DNA from: Candidatus Magasanikbacteria bacterium RIFCSPHIGHO2_01_FULL_33_34
GTDB taxonomy: Bacteria > Patescibacteriota > Patescibacteriia > Magasanikbacterales > UBA922
Assembly (NCBI GenBank): GCA_001782825.1
Contig: MFPS01000009.1
Location: 31,770 to 95,769, forward strand
DNA length: 64,000 bases
Direction of reading: 5' to 3'
Below the pieces are notes generated by a model, which worked only from the letters and a program-made list of their open reading frames with translations, ran no database searches and was not told the DNA's origin. Positions 1 through 8,846 of this stretch are shown in pieces (the first letter of the stretch is position 1; each line of letters begins with the position of its first letter). Position numbers and translations under genes: made by a program.

Positions 1-685
1 CTACTTCATATTTATCCAAAAATAATTTCCAAGCTTTCAATAAACTATCCAGATTTTTGTGCGGATAAGCTGAGCCCACATATAATGCGTATGGTTTAAC
101 TATATTATGCTTACTTAAAACCACATCATTGTTAATTGTAAATTGTAAATTGTTAATTGTTGTAAATGGCGCTTGATAAATTGTTGCCATCTTGTTCATT
201 GATACACCCAAAGTTTTATTTATATCATCTTTGGTAAATTCACTGGTAGTAATTATATGTTTTGCTTTTTTTACTGCATTTCTGATGACTATACGATGTA
301 CAAAATCTTTTAACCAAAATTTTATAGGCCCCAATGTAGTTGCTTCTGGTCTAGGAAAATGAAACATTATCAAATCATGAATAGTGACTATATACAAACC
401 ATTATAAAACAAAGGTATATTCCAATGAGGAAAATGCATCAAATCTACTTTTTCTCTTTTAATTATTTTATTTAATTTTATTTGCTCTGCCCAGCTATAC
501 CATGATATATCTGCCTCAACTTGTTTAAAATTTTTACTTTTAAACTTATTATTATCAATCTTTTTTACAAATAAAATATATTGATTATTATTATCAATTT
601 TTTGCAAACTTAGAATCAATTGTTCCACATAACGCCCGATACCAAAGCCACCGCCCATCATTCTAGCGTCAATTCCTATACGCAT
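1..685 (-). CDS. GT4 family glycosyltransferase (3' end runs off the window)
   Basis: Manual translation from ATG at 685: MRIGIDARMMGGGFGIGRYVEQL...HFPHWNIP...VTIHDL...YVGSAYPHKNL, typical GT4 N-terminal motifs; absent from the ORF track because it is truncated. Confidence 0.88.
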   Translation of the reverse strand, partial: MRIGIDARMMGGGFGIGRYVEQLILSLQKIDNNNQYILFVKKIDNNKFKSKNFKQVEADISWYSWAEQIKLNKIIKREKVDLMHFPHWNIPLFYNGLYIVTIHDLIMFHFPRPEATTLGPIKFWLKDFVHRIVIRNAVKKAKHIITTSEFTKDDINKTLGVSMNKMATIYQAPFTTINNLQFTINNDVVLSKHNIVKPYALYVGSAYPHKNLDSLLKAWKLFLDKYEV

Positions 686-688
686 AAA

Positions 689-1555
689 TTATTTTGTATC
701 ATTATTAATTATTCCTCCGTCACCACAAATATCTTTAGCCTCTTTTAACAAATTTTCCAACTTTTTATCCTTTATACCCAAATTTTTCAATAAATAAATT
801 TTTTCTGGTAAATCCTGAACCAAAACTACATTATTGTCCAAAAGCATACGTTTTTCATTATCATTAATTGTAGTCAAACATGTCAATGGGTGTAAACCAG
901 TCTCTTCAATCAACACTTCCACCCCTCTACCTTTTGGATAATTCCAACCTATCATCTTCATTCCATTGCACTCACCATAAGCAATAGCATCTTGTGATAA
1001 TCGAGTATTTGTAATCACCCATGCTTTATGTATTTTATGGCACAATTTTTTATCATCCATTTTTTCCAAAATATCACGAAATCTAGAATGAACATACAAT
1101 GCTACTTTGACATCTGTTGACCGCGCTTGATCAGCATGAAATTTACACTCCATAAAATAATGCTTCTCATCATTTTTTGCCACGACATCAACTTCATGAT
1201 TTACACACTTACCTTTTACAACTACACCAACCTGAACATTGAAACCTTTTCTATTAAATATCTCACCAATAAATCTCTCAAAAGGAAATCCTGTAGGCCC
1301 TAAAGCAGTAATAGCCTTTTTTAAACTATAACGCGCAGCAATCGGTCTAGCATTTTCTCTTTTTAAAATTTTATAAGCCAAATTATATATATCTTGAGTT
1401 TTAGTTCCAGACACCAAATTTTTTTCTACTTCCAAAGCAATCTGTCTAGCAAGCGCTGGATAAGCACCAGAACGCATCAAAGATTTTTCAACTTTTGCTC
1501 TTATAAATGGCGCAGTATCACCAGATTCCTTTATTATATTGATTTTTTTATTCAT
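689..1555 (-). CDS. ATP-cone domain plus PD-(D/E)xK (Mrr-like) restriction endonuclease domain protein
   Basis: N-terminal IIKESGDTAPFIRAKVEKSLMRSGA is ATP-cone-like; FERFIGEIF...HEVDVVA...MECKFH is a PD-ExK nuclease motif. Confidence 0.75.
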   Translation of the reverse strand: MNKKINIIKESGDTAPFIRAKVEKSLMRSGAYPALARQIALEVEKNLVSGTKTQDIYNLAYKILKRENARPIAARYSLKKAITALGPTGFPFERFIGEIFNRKGFNVQVGVVVKGKCVNHEVDVVAKNDEKHYFMECKFHADQARSTDVKVALYVHSRFRDILEKMDDKKLCHKIHKAWVITNTRLSQDAIAYGECNGMKMIGWNYPKGRGVEVLIEETGLHPLTCLTTINDNEKRMLLDNNVVLVQDLPEKIYLLKNLGIKDKKLENLLKEAKDICGDGGIINNDTK

Positions 1556-2678
1556 AATTTATATTTAATAATTGCAAAAAATTTTCAGCTGTATTTCTCC
1601 ATCTAAATCTTTTTGATCTTTCTATAGCCTTGTTAGAAAAATAATCCCCCAATTCTTTATCCTCAACAAGTTTCAATATACCTTCTGTAATTTCATAAAT
1701 ATTAGTCGGATTTACCAAATATCCAGAATTTCCAACCACTTCTGTCAATGAAGATCTATTACTCGTGAGTACTGGAGTTCCGACTGCCATTGCTTCTAAA
1801 ACAGGAAATCCAAAGCCTTCATACAAACTCGGATAGGCAAATACTTTGGCAAGCTTGTATAGCATTGGTTTGTCAGCCGAATCAATATATCCAATATACC
1901 TTACATTTGCTGTATTTTCCATCATTTTTTTTACTTCTGTATTTTTAGAACCCATAGACCCAGCGACAATCAACTCATAATCTTTGTTTTTTAAACCAGT
2001 TTTTTCAAAAGCTTTTATCAGACCAATAATATTTTTTCTTGGCTCAACTGTTCCCAAAAATAAGATAAAATTTTCTGGTAAATTATATTTTAATTTAATT
2101 GATTCTTCACTAATTTTAGTTTCCTGCAAAAAAATAGAGGAAAGTCCAGGATAAATTACATTAATTTTATTTTTTTTAACTTTATATGTTTCAATAATAT
2201 CATTCTTTGTATTTTCTGAAGGAGTCAGAATTATACTGGCATTTTGGCAAAGTTTTTTGGGATTGATAATCTTATGCCACAACTTTTGTTTTGTATAAAA
2301 ACAATCTTCAAAATATTCAAATGACAAATCATGTATAGTTAATATCTGTTTTACTTTTGATGAAAATGCAGAAAAATTTATATTCGGAGAAAAAAAATAA
2401 TCTATTTTTTCTGGCATCATTTTATCTAACTTTGGATATTTAAAAAACTGTAATGAAAAATTAAATAACTTATTTGGGTATTTAAAATTAATAATTTCTA
2501 CATTATCTTGTTGCCATTTTGGAATATTAGCACTAACATCAGATAAAGAATTATAAAAAAGATAATACTTATTTTGTTTATCTATTTTAAACAATTCATT
2601 CAAAAATTCATAAGTATATTCACCAACTCCAGTTCGCACCGGATCCATTAATGATCGGATATCTATTGCAATATTCAT
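1548..2678 (-). CDS. GT4 family glycosyltransferase
   Basis: TGVGEY, LTIHDL, GTVEPRKN and YPSLYEGFGFPVLEAMA motifs. Confidence 0.92.
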   Translation of the reverse strand: MNIAIDIRSLMDPVRTGVGEYTYEFLNELFKIDKQNKYYLFYNSLSDVSANIPKWQQDNVEIINFKYPNKLFNFSLQFFKYPKLDKMMPEKIDYFFSPNINFSAFSSKVKQILTIHDLSFEYFEDCFYTKQKLWHKIINPKKLCQNASIILTPSENTKNDIIETYKVKKNKINVIYPGLSSIFLQETKISEESIKLKYNLPENFILFLGTVEPRKNIIGLIKAFEKTGLKNKDYELIVAGSMGSKNTEVKKMMENTANVRYIGYIDSADKPMLYKLAKVFAYPSLYEGFGFPVLEAMAVGTPVLTSNRSSLTEVVGNSGYLVNPTNIYEITEGILKLVEDKELGDYFSNKAIERSKRFRWRNTAENFLQLLNINYE

Positions 2679-2679
2679 A

Positions 2680-3801
2680 TTATAATGGAATTCTGCACTG
2701 GCTTAAATCCTGTTTAAAATTCTCATATTTATCATTTATATACTTTTCTATTCTTTCCTTAAAATAAATAGAAGAAAATTTTTCTGCATGATTTTTAATG
2801 ATTTTACTATTCCAAACATTAGCATCAAAATTCAAAACCGCATCCAACAATGACTCCCATGTCTGTTCTTTAAAAAATACCCCAGTCACACCTGGTATCA
2901 CTGTCTCACTTGCCCCACCTACTGGATAAGCAATTACTGGCCGTCCACTGGCCATTGCTTCAATTTGTGTAATCCCCAAATCCTCAACCTGCGGATGAAT
3001 AAAGGCCTTGGATTGACTCAATAAATCAGCTTTTTCTTTGTCAGTTATCTTACCCAAAAATTCAATATTTGGTAAAGCAATATTTTTCAAATTTTCTAAC
3101 TCCGGTCCATCACCAAAAATTTTTATTGGATATCGCAAACGATTAAAAACCTCTACAATCAAATCAAATCTTTTATACTTCACTATCCTGCCACCAGAAA
3201 CAAAATAATTACCAATAATGTCACTAATATAAAATTTATCAGTATCGACAGGAGGATATATAATATCACTATCTCGTCTATAATATTTATGAATTCTTTG
3301 GCGAACTGTATCAGAATTAGCAATAAATTGATCTACTCTGTCTACACTCATTTTATCCCAAATTCTCATCCTATGAATCAATCTTGGAAGCAATGACTTT
3401 ACCACTGCATTATATTTCAAATCAGCAATATACTCATGAGTATCCGTCCAAAGATATCTAGTCGGTGTATGACAATATGATATATGCATAGTTTCTGGAC
3501 GAGTCAATACACCTTTTGCAAAAGCACTGGTTGAAGACAAAACAATATCAAAATCATGCAAATTGTGGCGTTCTGTTGCTACCGGCATAAACGGCAAAAA
3601 CCATTGATAATGATCTCTACCACCTGGTATTTTAGCAATAAAAGATTCTCTAATATCCAAATTACTAAATCTTGGCATTTTTGATTTATCATAAAACAAA
3701 ACAAAAATAGGCGCTTCTGGCCATATTTCATGAAACGCTTGTAAAACTCTTTCTGCTCCCCCATCCTGAGCTAAATAATCATGTACTAGAGCAATTTTCA
3801 T
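2680..3801 (-). CDS. GT4 family glycosyltransferase
   Basis: MKIALVHDYL..GGAERV, YCHTPTRYLW, EDLGITQIEAMASGRPV. Confidence 0.92.
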   Translation of the reverse strand: MKIALVHDYLAQDGGAERVLQAFHEIWPEAPIFVLFYDKSKMPRFSNLDIRESFIAKIPGGRDHYQWFLPFMPVATERHNLHDFDIVLSSTSAFAKGVLTRPETMHISYCHTPTRYLWTDTHEYIADLKYNAVVKSLLPRLIHRMRIWDKMSVDRVDQFIANSDTVRQRIHKYYRRDSDIIYPPVDTDKFYISDIIGNYFVSGGRIVKYKRFDLIVEVFNRLRYPIKIFGDGPELENLKNIALPNIEFLGKITDKEKADLLSQSKAFIHPQVEDLGITQIEAMASGRPVIAYPVGGASETVIPGVTGVFFKEQTWESLLDAVLNFDANVWNSKIIKNHAEKFSSIYFKERIEKYINDKYENFKQDLSQCRIPL

Positions 3802-3872
3802 ATATTTATTAAACTATATTATCAAAATTATGACCTTATATCAAGACAGACTTTTTATCACTTTTTTAAAGA

Positions 3873-5297
3873 TTATAATGCTTTTCTCTTCTTAAATAAT
3901 ATAAATGGAGTTTTAATAAAAATTACCAAATCAATCCACAAACTCCATTTTTCAATATAAAAAACATCCAATCTCATTTCCTCTGCAAAAGTTAAGTCAC
4001 TCCTGCCTGAGATTTGTGCCAGTCCAGTAATTCCTGGCTTTAAAGACAATACATAACGATATTCACTTTCATATTTATCAACTTCTCTAGGCTGATGCGG
4101 TCTAGGACCCACAATACTCATACTTCCACCCAATACATTAAAAAACTGAGGTAATTCATCTATGCTCCAACGCCTTATAAATCTTCCAAATTTTGTTACT
4201 CTAGGATCATCTGTAATTTTATAAATTGGGCCATCTTTGATACTTTTTTCTTTTATTAAATCTTTTTCTCTCTCTTCAGCATGGACACCTTCTTCACCAA
4301 ATTGTTTTCCCGTACAATCTTTTTTATACATTGATCGAAATTTTAAAGTAAAAAACTTTTTACTCTTCAAACCAACTCTTTCATTTTTATAAATTATTGG
4401 TAATCCTGTTTCAAAAAAAATAAATACAGAAGTAAAAATCATTATTGGGCTCACAATTACAAGCACAAAAATACTCATAACAATATCAAAAATTCGTTTC
4501 AATATCCTTGCCCAACCTTCAAGAGGTGTCGAGCGCAACTCAACAATCGGTATTCCGGCTAATGGGCTTACACGCATATTTGATGAAAAAGTATCAAATA
4601 AATCTGCTGAATATTTAAAGACAATCTGATGTTCATTACAATATTTAATTGCTTGTAATGTTTCTGTCTCATGAGCACGAGGATTTGTAAAAATTATTTC
4701 ATCAACTTTTAGATTATGAAGTGTACTAATTGTAGAATTATCAAAATGCACAAACTGCCCCACTATCAAATAACCCATTTCTTTGTGATCTTTCAAAAAA
4801 TTAATTATTTCATCCGCCGATGTCCCATGATGTCCGATAACAACAATTTTTCTAGACCCTATACCCGCCTTATACAATCTCCTCTTAAAAAGACGCATAG
4901 CAATCCTACCCAACACCATATAAACTACCGCAAATACCCAACTAACTACCACCAAAAATCTAGAATCAAAAACTTGTTGTCTAAACATTACATACACAGC
5001 AACCAAAGCAAGACCCGATGAACAAGCAAAAATCACTTTTTGTAATTCTGGTAAAAGTTTTCTATTGGGATCAGTGGAATAAAGTCCGGCAAAAGCAAAT
5101 ATTATTATCCAGACAAGTGCAATCGGCAACACTAACGAGATATATTCATTTGCCGATATATCAAATATTACCGGTTTCCAATCTACTGCCCAATCACTAA
5201 AACGCAAATAATAGGCAGAAATAGCTGCAAACAACAACAATAATAAATCCACTGGAACTTGTATGGCAGTAATAAATAATTCAGATCTTTTCATCAT
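3873..5297 (-). CDS. Polyprenyl glycosylphosphotransferase (WcaJ/WbaP-like priming sugar transferase)
   Basis: N-terminal TM helices; C-terminal KFRSM, DDPRVTKFGRFIRRWSIDELPQ, GPRP, KPGITGLAQISGRS. Confidence 0.93.
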   Translation of the reverse strand: MMKRSELFITAIQVPVDLLLLLFAAISAYYLRFSDWAVDWKPVIFDISANEYISLVLPIALVWIIIFAFAGLYSTDPNRKLLPELQKVIFACSSGLALVAVYVMFRQQVFDSRFLVVVSWVFAVVYMVLGRIAMRLFKRRLYKAGIGSRKIVVIGHHGTSADEIINFLKDHKEMGYLIVGQFVHFDNSTISTLHNLKVDEIIFTNPRAHETETLQAIKYCNEHQIVFKYSADLFDTFSSNMRVSPLAGIPIVELRSTPLEGWARILKRIFDIVMSIFVLVIVSPIMIFTSVFIFFETGLPIIYKNERVGLKSKKFFTLKFRSMYKKDCTGKQFGEEGVHAEEREKDLIKEKSIKDGPIYKITDDPRVTKFGRFIRRWSIDELPQFFNVLGGSMSIVGPRPHQPREVDKYESEYRYVLSLKPGITGLAQISGRSDLTFAEEMRLDVFYIEKWSLWIDLVIFIKTPFILFKKRKAL

Positions 5298-5372
5298 AAT
5301 ATTTTGCTTATTATAGTTATATATTAGCCCAAAAAATACAATCAGTCAATTTTATTTTTTTATGAAAAACAC

Positions 5373-5401
5373 TTGACAAAAACACAAAAATATGCTATAT
5401 T
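5373..5401 (+). promoter_or_regulatory. sigma70-type promoter of rnpB
   Basis: TTGACA (5373-5378), 17-nt spacer, TG-extended TATATT (5396-5401). Confidence 0.75.
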
Positions 5402-5407
5402 GAAGCC

Positions 5408-5803
5408 ATCTTGTTCATTATAAATGATCGCGTCACACTACTTGTGTGATGAGGAAAGTCCGAACTTCCTCTATTAAACCAGAAAAAATGTAGCGGGTAA
5501 TACCCGTCGGTGTACTGGTGACAGTACATTAGGGACAGTGCCACAGAGACTATACTAGTCCTAATTTATTAGGATAAAACGTGAAAAGAGTATGGAAGTT
5601 TTTATTCTTAAGACAAAAGCTACTATACTTCCTCCGCTATCCAGCGGGGGACGGTAAACCCTACATGGGAGAAAGAGCAGCGTTCTAATTTATTAGTTCG
5701 AAAAGTTAGCTCGTTTGAACTAAATAGCAATATTTAGTCTAGAGAAATGATCATTGCTTGATTTATCAAGTTACAAAATTCGGCTTACTGTAATGAACAA
5801 GAT
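5408..5803 (+). ncRNA. rnpB: RNase P RNA
   Basis: Conserved GAGGAAAGTCCG, CAGTGCCACAGA, GGTAAACC and ACAAAATTCGGCTTA; the ends ATCTTGTTCATTA / TAATGAACAAGAT form P1. Confidence 0.95.
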
Positions 5804-5805
5804 AT

Positions 5806-5833
5806 AAAAAATCCGACATTAGTCGGTTTTTTT
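5806..5833 (+). terminator. Intrinsic terminator of rnpB
   Basis: CCGAC-ATTA-GTCGG hairpin followed by a T run and preceded by an A run. Confidence 0.8.
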
Positions 5834-6015
5834 ATATTTAATAAGTGCTGACATATTAACCTTTGCACGAACCCACTTCACACACGTGGAGCGCGTGGTG
5901 GCTCCTGACTAAATCGTAAACTCGGATTTCACACCTCGTCCGCCCAGTGAGTACACAAATCCCCGCCGTTTTAAGAAGGTATTATAAAACGGCTGGAATT
6001 ACTCCCTTGAGTTAT

Positions 6016-6077
6016 AAAAAAGAAAAGGCACCCAGAGGGACAAAGTCCATGGGTACCCAGATGTGACCGAAGTCACG
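6016..6077 (-). terminator. UUCG hairpin plus intrinsic terminator downstream of the GC-rich gene
   Basis: Minus strand: GTGAC-TTCG-GTCAC, then GGTACCCA...TGGGTGCC followed by TTTTCTTTTTT. Confidence 0.65.
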
Positions 6078-6087
6078 TAGTGGTTGT

Positions 6088-6942
6088 TTAGGCGGTGATG
6101 CCAAAACCTTCGAGTGTCACCTTCGCGACCCGCTTGCCAAGCTCCTCGTCCTTGAAGCGCTGGGCGTTGATGTACGGGCCAGAGCCGAAGAAGCCACTGT
6201 CGACCGAGAAGCCATGCACGGTACCGTTCATGATGGCCTCGAGCACTTCTTCCTCAGTCCAACTGTAGAGGTTGTTCTTCGGGTTGCGCACCTCTTCGGT
6301 CTGACCGACGAGATGGAAGAAGCTGGCTTCCTCCTTGAGATCGGTGAACACGAGCGGTTGGTTGTTGTAATACTTCCAGACGTTGCCGCGTTCGATGAGC
6401 TCGATCCACGACTCCTCGGCGCTGGTCGAACCGCCTTCCATGAACCGGACATCGTAAAACGGCCACGAAGAGCCGTCGTTACGACGCTGGTGCATGTGAT
6501 GGTAGTCGATACGGCCAATTGTCATCTCGTGCTCGCTACCGTCGTGCGGGAAGCGCACGCGGACCTTGTCCTGTTCCCAGACCTTGGTTTCCGGCAGATC
6601 GCCGAGGCGAACTTGCGGAGTGCGCAGTATGCCATCGGCTCCGCGGAGAGCGGCGTCGCGACGCTTCTCCTGGTCCTTGTCGACCATCTCGATTGACCAG
6701 TCGCCGGGAACGATGCGTCCGTCCGAGAGCCAGACTGACACCGCGCCCTTGCGATGATAGACGCCGGGCTGGTGCACGAGAACCCGAACGCGAGACTCGT
6801 AGATCACGGCATCATAGAAGCCACAAACAATACCCTTGGTGCCATCGGGGACATCATTGTAGATGTCCGTCCACGCACGGCGTTCGGGGTCAACCTTGAA
6901 GACAACTTCATCGCCAATCTGTAAAAGTTCAGTGAGTGTCAT
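6088..6942 (-). CDS. Hypothetical protein, markedly GC-rich (probably horizontally acquired)
   Basis: Long ORF; likely start is ATG 6942 (MTLTELLQIG) after a GAAGG SD; own promoter (TTGACA 7034-7039, TAGTAT 7011-7016, minus strand) and terminator. Confidence 0.75.
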   Translation of the reverse strand: MTLTELLQIGDEVVFKVDPERRAWTDIYNDVPDGTKGIVCGFYDAVIYESRVRVLVHQPGVYHRKGAVSVWLSDGRIVPGDWSIEMVDKDQEKRRDAALRGADGILRTPQVRLGDLPETKVWEQDKVRVRFPHDGSEHEMTIGRIDYHHMHQRRNDGSSWPFYDVRFMEGGSTSAEESWIELIERGNVWKYYNNQPLVFTDLKEEASFFHLVGQTEEVRNPKNNLYSWTEEEVLEAIMNGTVHGFSVDSGFFGSGPYINAQRFKDEELGKRVAKVTLEGFGITA

Positions 6943-7199
6943 TTGTAATACCTTCTGTTTGGGTTGAGAATGTTCAAATTTTAAGACACAATAGTTCACC
7001 TGAACTAATTATACTAGCAGATAAATAACTCTATGTCAAGAAGTTGTATAGTTAACATCTAATAATAACAAAAAGTCTATATTTTAAGGCTTTTTCTTAG
7101 TTTAAGTTTTTGATTAAAAAATTTTCTTTTCCAAAAACTGAATACAAATTAGTCACAAAGCAAAGTGAAGCTAATATTTCAATTTTTAAATTTCCTTTC

Positions 7200-7287
7200 T
7201 GGTGCTCAGGAGAAGACTCGAACTTCCACAGGCATTACGCCCACAGGCCCCTCAAGCCTGCGTGTCTACCAATTTCACCACCTGAGC
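7200..7287 (-). tRNA. tRNA-Leu (anticodon GAG)
   Basis: GCTCAGG acceptor stem, CAGGC-TTGAGGG-GCCTG anticodon arm, long variable arm, GTTCGAG T-loop, encoded CCA. Confidence 0.95.
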
Positions 7288-7334
7288 ATATTTCTCTTCT
7301 ATTCTATAATGAATATAATTTTACCTAACAGCCA

Positions 7335-7430
7335 ACATACATAATTATTCTTTTTACGGATTTGTCGCCACAACAGGCGACACCTCGGAGCCCGCAGGCG
7401 AGAATGAGTAAAAAGAATAATTATGTATGT
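7335..7430. repeat. Structured intergenic repeat, copy 1 (23-bp outer inverted repeat plus two inner hairpins)
   Basis: ACATACATAATTATTCTTTTTAC (7335-7357) is the reverse complement of 7408-7430; the core is shared with 45649-45737. Confidence 0.75.
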
Positions 7431-7480
7431 TTGGAACGAATTTGAACGAGAATGAATAAAATAAATTATATTTTTATGTA

Positions 7481-8248
7481 TCAAAACCGCCTATCTTTCC
7501 CAACAATCATCTCAATTCTATTTTTTGCCAACTTTATTACAATCTTTGTTTCCTTGGTTATAGTGCCATCAGCTTCCACTTGGAAAGGTTTACTTCCTGT
7601 AATAACCATTTCTTCAAATGGAAACAAACTCGGATCTTCATACTTATCACTAAACATTCCCTTGCCAGACATTGGACGTAAAAAAGCTTCCAATTTACCA
7701 TCTTGCGGATGGACAATAAAATCCTCTTTACCTTTTCTATTCCAGACAAATGGCTGTAAATTACAAACTACCAACTCCATTTTTTTGTGCTTTCCAAATA
7801 CTTTAAATTTTTCATCATACTCTACAGTTATATCACTCGCTGGAATATAAAGCTGAGAAATAAAATATCTATTGCGATTACTAATCCACCCAATATCTAA
7901 ATTAATTTTTCTTCTTTGAGAAAGCACATCACAAGCGTCCTCACCCTCTGGAATTCCCAAAACTTCTGCAATAGTATTTTTAGGTCCTACTGGCAAAAAA
8001 CCAAAAAGCACCCTACAGGCTGCTCCTCGAGACAAAACCCTGCCAAAAGTTTCATCATTTCCAACTATTACAATTACAGTAGCCCCTTTCTTAATTTCCT
8101 CTTCAATTATGGCTTCCGTATTTGTAAAATTTTGAAGTCTAATTATTTTACCTGCAATTTCAAAATCTGTCAACCTAGTCTCAATAGCTTTTACGGTTGA
8201 ATCAAATTTTTTACTTCTAAGGTAATTGTCATATAAATAAACATACAT
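7481..8248 (-). CDS. Diacylglycerol kinase family-like protein
   Basis: IVIVGNDETF (degenerate GGDGT), GFLPVG, DIG, DGKLE and VEADG motifs. Confidence 0.7.
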   Translation of the reverse strand: MYVYLYDNYLRSKKFDSTVKAIETRLTDFEIAGKIIRLQNFTNTEAIIEEEIKKGATVIVIVGNDETFGRVLSRGAACRVLFGFLPVGPKNTIAEVLGIPEGEDACDVLSQRRKINLDIGWISNRNRYFISQLYIPASDITVEYDEKFKVFGKHKKMELVVCNLQPFVWNRKGKEDFIVHPQDGKLEAFLRPMSGKGMFSDKYEDPSLFPFEEMVITGSKPFQVEADGTITKETKIVIKLAKNRIEMIVGKDRRF

Positions 8249-8278
8249 AAATCAGTCATATACCAGTTACAATCCAAA

Positions 8279-8743
8279 TTATTTATCTTTTTTATCATCA
8301 TCTTTAACAATTCCTCTGATTAATCCAGATTTTTTATCACTTTTTGGGTCATCTATTTCCAATCCTTTCATTGTAACTTTTCCCCTGATTAATGCACCAG
8401 CTTCAATTACCAAGACACCACACTCAATATCCCCTAAAACTTGCGCAGTTGAAGTAAGCTCAAGTCTATCATCAACTTTTACATTACCTTTAACAACTCC
8501 AGAAACTACAGCATTACCAGCTTTTACACTTGCTAAAACTTTAGAACCTTTCTCAGATGTAAATAATTTACTAGTTTTTACATTTCCAGACACAATACCT
8601 TTTACCAAAATATTACCTTCTGAAGAAAAATCACCTTCTACGTGTACTGATGGGCCAACCACAGTCTCTACATCATCATGTTGTTTTGTATGCTGTGCAT
8701 TAATTTGAGACTCTGATTCGCTATAATTTGGTTTTTGAAACAT
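8279..8743 (-). CDS. Bactofilin (polymer-forming cytoskeletal protein)
   Basis: TVVGPSVHVEGD...GIVSGNV...GDIECGVLVIEAGA beta-helix repeats; likely start at MFQKP. Confidence 0.88.
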   Translation of the reverse strand: MFQKPNYSESESQINAQHTKQHDDVETVVGPSVHVEGDFSSEGNILVKGIVSGNVKTSKLFTSEKGSKVLASVKAGNAVVSGVVKGNVKVDDRLELTSTAQVLGDIECGVLVIEAGALIRGKVTMKGLEIDDPKSDKKSGLIRGIVKDDDKKDK

Positions 8744-8846
8744 ATATAATAGATTAAATAATATAAATATATTACAACAATTACAACTATTTTGCAACTA
8801 TACAAAATAATTAATTATTTATTATTTTGTTATATTGAGAATCAAA

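Noticed and set aside
6214-6899. Several overlapping alternative-frame ORFs in the GC-rich gene
   Set aside because: Expected from stop-codon scarcity at high GC; only the minus-strand long frame has an SD, promoter and terminator
5845-7200. tRNA-integrated prophage or genomic island
   Set aside because: No integrase and no duplicated tRNA 3' end found
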